This document shows, piece after piece, positions 1 through 6,450 of a stretch of 20,717 nt of DNA. The notes below the pieces were generated by a model. It was not told the DNA's origin. It searched no databases and saw only the letters and a program-made list of their open reading frames with translations. The DNA comes from a virus: UHGV virus genome UHGV-1961940; one strand, written 5' to 3'. Both the position numbers and the translations under genes were made by a program. How positions within the stretch are numbered: the first letter of the stretch is position 1; the number at the start of each line of letters is the position of its first letter.

Positions 1-792
1 CAGGAAGAAACTGGCAATCTGAGTTTTCGCGCTGGCAATCTGGGATTTTCCATCTTCTAATTTTTTCTTTGCATCTGCAAGTTGTGTTTTCCCGTCTTCC
101 AGTTTCTTCCTGGCATCTTCTAATTGTTTCTTACCATCTTTATATTGTTTCTTTCCGTCCTTAAGTTTCTTTTCACCGTCATCCAGTTCTTTCTTCGCAT
201 CTGCAAGTTTCTCATTGGCTTCTTTTTTGCCGTCTTCCAGTTCTTTCTTTGCATCTGCAAGCTTTTCATTGGCTTCATCCACTACTTCATCATAACGGAT
301 CTGACAACGTTCTTCCTCGATTCCCTTTACGCGTTCCTGCACTCTTTCTATCAGGCTTTCATAAGCATCCGTATAACTGATCAGATTTTGTGCCCCATGA
401 ACCTGCACATAAATCTGTGTAAATACTTCCTGATCAAAATTCTCCGGGAGTACATAAGCAAACCCGTTAACTTCACCTGAACCAAGAGTTGTATTTCCAC
501 GATTATAAGATATATAAAGAGGGCTCTCACCAATACCTACAACTGTATAATCTACATTCTGCAAAAGCTTGCTGTCCCCGTCCTGCTTCAGTGTAATCTG
601 ATCTCCGACTTCGTAACTGTTATTCTCGGCAAATATATAATCCAGAAATATCTCGCCACTCTTCTCGGGAATTCTTCCTTCCATAACAGTGATCTGGTTT
701 ACTGTTTCATTCACTGATTCCACGGAGCACTTATCGCAAACCTCAACGACATTGATAGTACCATAGTATTTATAAAGAATATAGCCAACGTA
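1..792 (-). pseudogene. Fragment of an FtsX/MacB-family ABC transporter permease (periplasmic core domain plus XXXLXXG heptad-repeat coiled-coil region). It is 5'-truncated by an in-frame TGA at 793-795, and its 3' end runs off the window start. An internal ATG at 682-684 could allow expression of a truncated product.
   Basis: Translating the minus strand by hand gives ...YKYYGTINVVEVCDKCSVESVNETVNQITVMEGRIPEKSGEIFLDYIFAENNSYEVGDQITLKQDGDSKLLQNVDYTVVGIGESPLYISYNRGNTTLGSGEVNGFAYVLPENFDQEVFTQIYVQV...EANEKLADAKKELEDGKKEANEKLADAKKELDDGEKKLKDGKKQYKDGKKQLEDARKKLEDGKTQLADAKKKLEDGKSQIASAKTQIASFFL. The frame is open down to nucleotide 1. This is the architecture of the large extracellular domain of Firmicutes FtsX-like permeases with LxxG heptads. 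There is no N-terminal TM segment and no SD in front of the ATG at 684. Confidence 0.5.
12..285 (-). repeat. Imperfect intragenic tandem repeats with a 21/42-nt period (heptad units) inside the permease fragment.
   Basis: ctggcaatctg occurs at 11-21 and 32-42. (tt)ctttctt(t/c)gcatctgcaag occurs at about 61-81, 187-207 and 241-261. ccgtcttccagtt occurs at 92-104 and 230-242. These encode repeated LADAKKELEDGKK-type heptads. Confidence 0.7.
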
Positions 793-1196
793 TCAAACAG
801 GTTAACCTGGTGGTCGTTGATAGTCCCCATGCATTTAGGATCACGGAACATATCAAAATGAATACCGGATAATCTTTCCATTAGCATAAAGTCATAACTG
901 TAGCAGTTATGGCAGTTCAAAGCTGTTGGTGACCAGTCAGAATTGCCTGTAAGCCAACCTTCCAACTCCGAAAAATCTGCTATGCGAACTTCAAAATCTT
1001 TATAAAGAGTTTTCTTTGCCAGAATGAAGTTCTTAGCCTTTTCTATATCCTCCTCGGAGTAGTGTGTGCGGTCATTTAGAGGAAGGAACAGCATAAAACG
1101 GTTCTTATTCAGCTCTTTAAACAGACCGCAGTGATAATAAAGATCTGGGTCTTCCAGCAAACCGGATGACTCAAAATCGAAAGACCACATACTCAT
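711..1196 (-). CDS. Hypothetical protein, 161 aa. The last ~28 codons (711-795) overlap the permease reading frame out of frame, so the C-terminus is probably not native.
   Basis: The ORF has an AAGGAG SD (revcomp of 1205-1210) 8 nt upstream of the ATG at 1196. The C-terminal tail ...DTLAIFFINTMVLSMSLRFAISAPWNQ lies exactly over permease-like sequence read in another frame. Confidence 0.5.
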   Translation of the reverse strand: MSMWSFDFESSGLLEDPDLYYHCGLFKELNKNRFMLFLPLNDRTHYSEEDIEKAKNFILAKKTLYKDFEVRIADFSELEGWLTGNSDWSPTALNCHNCYSYDFMLMERLSGIHFDMFRDPKCMGTINDHQVNLFDTLAIFFINTMVLSMSLRFAISAPWNQ

Positions 1197-1214
1197 ATAC
1201 AGTTCTCCTTAAAG

Positions 1215-1239
1215 GGGAGGCGGTTGTATTACCCCTCCC
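1215..1239 (-). promoter_or_regulatory. Intercistronic RNA hairpin (stem GGGAGG/CCTCCC, 13-nt loop) between the primase-helicase stop and the SD of the 161-aa gene.
   Basis: GGGAGG at 1215-1220 pairs with CCTCCC at 1234-1239. On the minus-strand RNA it is followed by UUUAAGGAG and then AUG. The same stem sequence recurs at 6075-6091. Confidence 0.35.
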
Positions 1240-1254
1240 ACTCTTTGTTAAACA

Positions 1255-3333
1255 TTAAAAAGGCGTTTCATCATCCTCAAAACCAGGGACCGGGTCAGAG
1301 GATGGATCATCGTACTGGAGGTCTTCCTGCGTGTCAACAGGCTTAACAGTAGGAGTTACAACCTTATCAGCCACAACCTTGCCCATAGGTGTTTCTACAA
1401 CTGCATGCTCCTGATCCTCAAACATAGCCTGAGGTCTCCAAACAACCTCCCCACCTTCTCCGTCTGTAAACATTTGCATTTCTTTGTCCCAGTACCAATT
1501 ACTGGCATCATGGAACTTACCTGTGTGCGGGTCCATAACCAAAGTGTCAGCAATACCTAGAGTTTTTGCTGGACGGTTTTTAAGACCTACCAGACGGACA
1601 CGTCCACGAGAACGATCCACCATTTCTTCGGCCTCGACACCTATGACTACCCAACTCAACTGTTCAAGCCCAGCCGATCCTCGCAAATTCTCTTTTCGCA
1701 CAGGATACCAGAAAGGTAATGGGTTACCATCCTTGTCCTTAGGGGGCACAATCTCTGTACGTTTGAGGTGAGCGATCACCAAGATAAACACGTTAAACTG
1801 CTTACAAAACGCAGCCAGTTGGGTCATAGCCATGTCCAGTTCTTTTCGCTCATCCTTAACATTAAGCCCTGAAATTACCATGGACAGGTGATCCAGCACA
1901 ATATAACGACAATGGTACAGGCAAACCATTTGCTTAAGCTTGGTAATCAACTCGTCCACTGGAATAGACCCGAAATGTTTGAACACTTTGATTTTTCCAG
2001 CTTTTGCCCATGATTGGTGAATCTCTGCGTGTTCTTGATCAGTTAAAAACTGGCTAGGATCTTCAACAAACTCTTTAACATCAAACCCTAACTGGTTTGC
2101 ATACAAGGAGTTAATTGCTTCCTCTGGGTCCTCCTCAAGATGAATCATGCATAGACGATCATCCTCTTCGTAATCATCAGCCTTTGGACATGTCGGGTCC
2201 ATTAGGTATCTTGCAATACAGTGTTCCAGTTTTTTAGCTACAGTTGTTTTACCGCCTCCTGATGGACCTGTAAGCATTACGAGTGTCCCTTTGTGCAAGC
2301 CTTTTAGCATTTTTTGCAGTTTTGGGAACTCTGCGCTGATATCTACCCCGTTGGAAGTCTTTTTCCGCAAAGATTCGATAGAGAAGTCTTCTAAATCCGA
2401 TACAGCATCCGGTACATACTTAACAGGATGCCGGAACATGTTTACAATATCTTCCAGCTTTTTAGCCTTCAGCATGTCACGGATATCTTTTACACCGTCA
2501 GGATCGTTTACTTCACCAGGGTACTCTACGTGGTAAACGTTATCAGCCATCAAAAATGCTGCGATATTGTGCGTAGCCTCAACACCTTTAATGACGTGTT
2601 TTTGCTTCTCTACCTCGTTAGCTGCATCGTTATCCATTGCCAGCACAACTGTTCCATAGCTACGGATAAACTTCTCATTGTTTGCAAAAGTATCTACTGC
2701 GTTTGCACATCCGCAGTTAATTCCAACAAAAGGTAGGCAGGGTTTTCCTGCCAGATCACCACCGTTGATAACTGCATCGATCCCGTCCTGTACCTCTTTA
2801 GCCCACTGCTTCACCTTTGCCGGGGCTTTAGCGTTGGTGAGAATCCCTTTTACTTGTATCTGATATGCAGCCTGCCATGCTGCAATAACATCACCTTCTC
2901 CCTCGCAAACGTTAATCTGCTTACGGTTGTTGGAAGATGCACACAGCTTTTGACCAAACATCTGGGAGTTAGCCTTTACGATGCCAACAACGGAGAAATG
3001 GCCCCTTTGCTCTTTAGGAATCGTCCAGTCGCGCTTTTTGAAACCGGACAGATTTCCGTAGCGGTCGTAATATGGGAAATATGTTGCAGTGACTGTCACA
3101 CCGTCTTCTTGGGACAATGCTGATCGCACACCAAAATATTGTGCAGCCATCAGACCGATATTTTGTTGTGGGACAGGGACAATTTTAGTATTTTCTAAAA
3201 CAGTCTCTACAGTTTCAACTTCTTTTTCATCACGATAGTCTCGTTTCACACTTCCCCCACTTTTATACTTAGTTGCTTTCGGGTTTGGCTCACCGAAACG
3301 GTTGTATGCAGATGCCATAAATTTACTTCCCAT
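1255..3333 (-). CDS. Bifunctional DNA primase/helicase (T7 gp4-like): an N-terminal TOPRIM DnaG-type primase domain without a Cys4 zinc-binding domain, plus a C-terminal DnaB/RecA-fold hexameric helicase, ending in an acidic tail.
   Basis: TOPRIM motifs are CEGEGD and VVLAMDNDAAN. Walker A is TGPSGGGKTT and Walker B is YIVLDHL. The C-terminal tail is QYDDPSSDPVPGFEDDETPF. An AAGGAG SD lies upstream of the ATG at 3333. Confidence 0.9.
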   Translation of the reverse strand: MGSKFMASAYNRFGEPNPKATKYKSGGSVKRDYRDEKEVETVETVLENTKIVPVPQQNIGLMAAQYFGVRSALSQEDGVTVTATYFPYYDRYGNLSGFKKRDWTIPKEQRGHFSVVGIVKANSQMFGQKLCASSNNRKQINVCEGEGDVIAAWQAAYQIQVKGILTNAKAPAKVKQWAKEVQDGIDAVINGGDLAGKPCLPFVGINCGCANAVDTFANNEKFIRSYGTVVLAMDNDAANEVEKQKHVIKGVEATHNIAAFLMADNVYHVEYPGEVNDPDGVKDIRDMLKAKKLEDIVNMFRHPVKYVPDAVSDLEDFSIESLRKKTSNGVDISAEFPKLQKMLKGLHKGTLVMLTGPSGGGKTTVAKKLEHCIARYLMDPTCPKADDYEEDDRLCMIHLEEDPEEAINSLYANQLGFDVKEFVEDPSQFLTDQEHAEIHQSWAKAGKIKVFKHFGSIPVDELITKLKQMVCLYHCRYIVLDHLSMVISGLNVKDERKELDMAMTQLAAFCKQFNVFILVIAHLKRTEIVPPKDKDGNPLPFWYPVRKENLRGSAGLEQLSWVVIGVEAEEMVDRSRGRVRLVGLKNRPAKTLGIADTLVMDPHTGKFHDASNWYWDKEMQMFTDGEGGEVVWRPQAMFEDQEHAVVETPMGKVVADKVVTPTVKPVDTQEDLQYDDPSSDPVPGFEDDETPF

Positions 3334-3466
3334 TAATTCTGCTCCTTACTACAGGCTCGTTTGCTAAGAATACAGCTTTTGCCCAGCCAATAACTGCACC
3401 ACCAGACCCGTCAAATAGACTCCACACAACACCTTTGTGGTAGTGTTCTTTGTAGATGAATTTCAA
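3323..3466 (-). CDS. Possible 47-aa small ORF (TTG start, MKFIYKEHYHKGVVWSLFDGSGGAVIGWAKAVFLANEPVVRSRINGK) overlapping the primase start by 11 nt. It may instead be a relic of a duplicated gene start.
   Basis: An AGGAGACAGC SD lies 3 nt before the TTG. The SD, start and first codons are a diverged copy of the initiation region of the 401-aa gene at 8995-9033 (MIFIYEHFKTRK versus MKFIYKEHYHKG). Confidence 0.2.
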   Translation of the reverse strand: MKFIYKEHYHKGVVWSLFDGSGGAVIGWAKAVFLANEPVVRSRINGK

Positions 3467-3479
3467 TTTGCTGTCTCCT
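3444..3479 (-). repeat. Copy A of a diverged translation-initiation cassette (AGGAGACAGC ... start ... TTCATCTAC ... GAACA). Copy B is at 9002-9032.
   Basis: On the plus strand, tgttc / gtagatgaa / gctgtctcct are shared in the same order and spacing at both loci. Confidence 0.5.
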
Positions 3480-3484
3480 AATGC

Positions 3485-3512
3485 AAAAAGCCCCACCCTT
3501 TCGGGCAGGGCC
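3485..3512 (-). terminator. Rho-independent terminator on the minus strand, immediately after the 68-aa gene stop.
   Basis: Minus-strand RNA reads GGCCCUGCCCGAAAGGGUGGGGC followed by UUUUU. This gives a 4-bp plus 3-bp GC stem with a 2x2 internal loop and a GAAA tetraloop. Confidence 0.6.
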
Positions 3513-3517
3513 TAGTG

Positions 3518-3724
3518 TTAAACCCGGATACCTATTGTATACTCGGTGGATACCAATGTCAAATCTAAATTTAAAATTTCTTGCATCTCATAATATGCGT
3601 CCAGGGTTAGATACATTTCCCCATCCTTTTCTACATACTTGTCCAAGTGCTTGAGGCATTTCGGATAACTATCAAGTGCAGCTTTCAGGCACTCAAACTC
3701 TGTGCTGTTGATGAATCCTTCCAT
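3518..3724 (-). CDS. Hypothetical protein, 68 aa.
   Basis: ORF in the leftward operon, 5 nt downstream of the preceding gene. No recognisable motifs. Confidence 0.5.
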   Translation of the reverse strand: MEGFINSTEFECLKAALDSYPKCLKHLDKYVEKDGEMYLTLDAYYEMQEILNLDLTLVSTEYTIGIRV

Positions 3725-3729
3725 CTTGG

Positions 3730-3996
3730 CTACCCGTTCTTAATGATAGCACTGTAGTGAGATTTAGCTTCCTGAATGCAATGGGTCCAAGCATCAACCT
3801 TCTCTTCGAAAAGTCCAAAGAACTTCTTTTTGGTGAGCTTCAGATTCTTTAAGTGCTTAAGCACTCGGTTGCCGATTACAGCCACATCACGAAACTTAAG
3901 AATCACTTTGTCGATATCCTCGCGACCTATTTTCACAAAACAGGCCTTACACATTTCAGGGGAGGAATAACCAACTTTCCACATAAAATCTGACAT
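3730..3996 (-). CDS. Hypothetical protein, 88 aa.
   Basis: ORF in the leftward operon; tightly spaced. An SD GGAGAAGG lies upstream of the ATG at 3996. Confidence 0.55.
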   Translation of the reverse strand: MSDFMWKVGYSSPEMCKACFVKIGREDIDKVILKFRDVAVIGNRVLKHLKNLKLTKKKFFGLFEEKVDAWTHCIQEAKSHYSAIIKNG

Positions 3997-4008
3997 ACCA
4001 CCTTCTCC

Positions 4009-4311
4009 TTATTCCTTAAAAGCTATGATATCATAGGAACTTGCAGATGATTCTGGTGAAGAATGACTCCAGTCCAGGTCATCAGAATAGTCAGCGTACT
4101 GTGCGCCACTACGCAGTTTGTATTTTACCCACTTACCTGGTGCAGGGTTTTCACCACCTTCCCATACTTCCCAGCCTTCTGGCAGGCCGTCCTGAGCGTA
4201 GTCATCCACCTCACTAATGATCTTAGGGTTTGGCACCAAGATCCCCGCAGGCTCTTCCTTCCGGATAAGTGTCCACACAGCGTATGTGTCTGAGCAGGCG
4301 CATGATAGCAA
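4009..4311 (-). CDS. Hypothetical protein, about 100 aa, with an apparent TTG start and no internal Met.
   Basis: The frame is open from 4311 to 4009 with no in-frame ATG. It contains an acidic Trp-rich motif EGWEVWEGGENPAPGKW. The start codon is uncertain. Confidence 0.45.
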   Translation of the reverse strand: MLSCACSDTYAVWTLIRKEEPAGILVPNPKIISEVDDYAQDGLPEGWEVWEGGENPAPGKWVKYKLRSGAQYADYSDDLDWSHSSPESSASSYDIIAFKE

Positions 4312-4402
4312 AGTATATCCACTATTCAGAACTTCTGCAAGCTCTTTTCAGCATCTTCCAATTTGGCTAAGTGGTATTGGATAATCTTCACACCTGTAAT
4401 CA

Positions 4403-4708
4403 TCAGAAACCTCCCACTTCTTCAGCAAATGCAGCTGCTGTCGTCGCTGCATCCAGATAGGACTCTAGTTCACGGGCTGCACGTTTGTAAATTGAGTGGC
4501 GCATATCGTTTGGCAGTTGGTGGGAGTCCACCTCTTCACCGTTGTGGTAAACATGCACATCGGTGATTTGTCTAAATCCGTAACAGTCAACATCAGAATC
4601 CCGGCACTCCGGATCTGGCAACTGAACAACTGCCTGAGCTTCCACAGTAAACATATCGTCAAGTTCGAAATCGATTTCAAAAGTGTATGGTTTATAACGT
4701 TTCATCAT
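4403..4708 (-). CDS. Hypothetical protein, 101 aa.
   Basis: ORF in the leftward operon, 13 nt downstream of the methyltransferase stop. Confidence 0.55.
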   Translation of the reverse strand: MMKRYKPYTFEIDFELDDMFTVEAQAVVQLPDPECRDSDVDCYGFRQITDVHVYHNGEEVDSHQLPNDMRHSIYKRAARELESYLDAATTAAAFAEEVGGF

Positions 4709-4721
4709 TTGATTGTACTCT

Positions 4722-6047
4722 TTATTGATCAGAATTATCTTTCGTAATTAAGGTCTGGGTAAGTTTGTAATAGCGGAAGCCACCGCCACCTTGCCAGCTT
4801 GCAGACTTAGAAATACCACCTTGATCTTCACCATCAATCACTTTTTGCAAGCGAGGGATAATATGGGTATGACAATGATCACCCAGTTCGATCAAGATCC
4901 AACGTCTTTTCATCTTGTGGGCTACAGCAGCAGTAGTTCCCGAACCGCCGAATGAATCCAATACCAAATCACCTTCTCGCGTACACATTTCGAGAATCCG
5001 CTTCAAAAGCGCTTCTGGTTTTTTTCCATTTTTGAAACTAACGCCGCCTTCATTTGCTATTCCATTCCAACTAATGTCTGTCCAAACATCAGTTATTAGT
5101 TCCGCAGGTTGCATCTCACCGTCAATTTCCAAAAGCCTGTTGGAGTAAAAGACCATTTGCCTACCATTTGCGATATAAAATCCTTCAACATCCTCATTCG
5201 GATGTACATAAACCTTATCCCTATCTTTCTTTGACTTCTCGATAGTTTCTTTTCTCTTTATTTTAGCGCCACCACCAATTGCAACAGATTGAAATACACG
5301 TTCTGCATTATCAATTGCGAATTGTGCTAATTCATCATCGAATGTATCAGGCAGTTTTTTCTTGGCTTCTTTTGCATCTTTATAGCCATTGGCCTTTGCA
5401 AACGCATCGGCAATACCGCACCACGTCCAATTTTTATAATGGTCATCCGGGTTTAATAGGTATTTGTTATATCCTGTATCATACCCTTTAGGTATATAGA
5501 TTTTGTTAAGCGGTTTCTGGGTGCGATCTTTTGCATATACAAGCAAAAAGTTTGCTGTGGAGAAAACTGTGGCTCCTGTTGCCTTAAATCCCGAAGGGGA
5601 ATTTGTGGTCATCGATATGGTATTTAACTGATTTGCACGACCAAAAATCTCGTCCATCAAAACTTTTAAATACGCCATTTCGCAATCATCTAAGTGAACG
5701 AATATTACCCCATCATCACTTAGAAGATTACGAATTATTTCTAACCTATCCCTCATTAAGCCCAGCCAAATGGAATGCTCCAGGCTATCATCGTAATGCT
5801 CAAAAGCCCTCCCGGTATTGAATGGTGGGTCTATGTAAACACACTTCACTTTGCCTGCATACTCTTGCTCTAGCGCCTTCAATGCTAATAAGTTATCTCC
5901 AAAAATCAGTTTATTATCAAAAATATCGTTTTCGGTCACTTTCTGGCTGTGGTAAGATTTGCTAGAATCTTCTAACAAAATGTGTGGCTCTAACTTTTTG
6001 CGCTCGTTTTTACCTATCCAGGTAAGTTCTAATTTGGTTTTGCTCAT
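4722..6047 (-). CDS. Site-specific DNA methyltransferase, beta class (N6-adenine/N4-cytosine; Type III Mod-like). Orphan: no restriction subunit is adjacent.
   Basis: Motif IV is VYIDPPFNTG. It precedes motif I, LVLDSFGGSGTTAAVA, which is the beta-class order seen in EcoP15I Mod. The N-terminal LELTWIGK resembles the Mod N-terminal LxWxGK. An AAGGAGAG SD is present. Confidence 0.9.
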   Translation of the reverse strand: MSKTKLELTWIGKNERKKLEPHILLEDSSKSYHSQKVTENDIFDNKLIFGDNLLALKALEQEYAGKVKCVYIDPPFNTGRAFEHYDDSLEHSIWLGLMRDRLEIIRNLLSDDGVIFVHLDDCEMAYLKVLMDEIFGRANQLNTISMTTNSPSGFKATGATVFSTANFLLVYAKDRTQKPLNKIYIPKGYDTGYNKYLLNPDDHYKNWTWCGIADAFAKANGYKDAKEAKKKLPDTFDDELAQFAIDNAERVFQSVAIGGGAKIKRKETIEKSKKDRDKVYVHPNEDVEGFYIANGRQMVFYSNRLLEIDGEMQPAELITDVWTDISWNGIANEGGVSFKNGKKPEALLKRILEMCTREGDLVLDSFGGSGTTAAVAHKMKRRWILIELGDHCHTHIIPRLQKVIDGEDQGGISKSASWQGGGGFRYYKLTQTLITKDNSDQ

Positions 6048-6074
6048 CGTTTGGTGCTCTCCTTAGTTTTTTGT

Positions 6075-6091
6075 GGGGAGGAGGCCTCCCC
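6075..6091 (-). promoter_or_regulatory. Intercistronic RNA hairpin GGGGAGG-AGG-CCTCCCC between the 113-aa gene stop and the methyltransferase SD.
   Basis: Perfect 7-bp GC-rich stem. It has the same stem sequence and the same position (stop, hairpin, UUU, AAGGAG, ATG) as the hairpin at 1215-1239. Confidence 0.35.
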
Positions 6092-6108
6092 TTTATACTC
6101 ACATCTTA

Positions 6109-6450
6109 CTACTCAAGGTCTTCAGAGTCAAGCTCAAAAAGAATCAAACTGTGCATGCCTGCAGATAGATTAACACACCCTGCAACAATAAGGGTCTGAT
6201 AGTAAGGTTCAGCACCCTCAATGTCTTCGTTAAAATCCACAACAAGGTAGTCACCTTTGTTAAAGGTGTATTTGTCCGATGTAAACGCAAAACCTGCCCA
6301 GTCCCCTACTGCAGGGTCTTTATCAGTCACCTTTGTTAACAGTAGATCTTTTTCACGGGATCTTTTAGTAAAATCGTGAATCACAACATCCTTCTCTTCA
6401 GGAGTTGGATTGCCACACACGTAGTTAACTATATTTCTCCACAAACTCAT
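6109..6450 (-). CDS. Hypothetical protein, 113 aa. The start is reassigned to the internal ATG at 6450.
   Basis: The track ORF 6109..6492 would overlap the helicase by 68 nt. The ATG at 6448-6450 has a GAGGGG SD and overlaps the helicase stop by only 26 nt. Confidence 0.6.
   Translation of the reverse strand: MSLWRNIVNYVCGNPTPEEKDVVIHDFTKRSREKDLLLTKVTDKDPAVGDWAGFAFTSDKYTFNKGDYLVVDFNEDIEGAEPYYQTLIVAGCVNLSAGMHSLILFELDSEDLE

Noticed and set aside
12-285. Possible CRISPR array suggested by the regularly spaced repeats.
   Set aside because: The repeats are imperfect, have a 21/42-nt period with no unique spacers, and are in frame as coiled-coil heptads.
124-480. Plus-strand 118-aa ORF (MFLTIFILFLSVLKF...).
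   Set aside because: It is the low-complexity antisense of the heptad-repeat coding region. It has no SD, and the minus-strand frame gives a clean permease and coiled-coil translation.
1484-3123. Five plus-strand ORFs (1484-1771, 2291-2536, 2428-2736, 2678-2863, 2854-3123).
   Set aside because: All are antisense to the well-supported primase-helicase gene, have no SD and give low-complexity translations.
3334-3517. Possible tRNA or other ncRNA in the 184-nt gap upstream of primase.
   Set aside because: No cloverleaf-compatible pairing or conserved T-loop (GTTCRA) was seen. The gap is explained by the terminator plus the duplicated initiation cassette.
4125-4566. ORFs 4125..4322(-), 4063..4293(+) and 4363..4566(+).
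   Set aside because: They overlap better-supported minus-strand genes in other frames and lack an SD.
6048-6108. The GGGGAGG/CCTCCCC hairpin at 6075-6091 as an intrinsic terminator.
   Set aside because: It is not followed by a U-tract on the transcribed (minus) strand; downstream is ACAAAAAAC. It is kept only as a structural or processing element.
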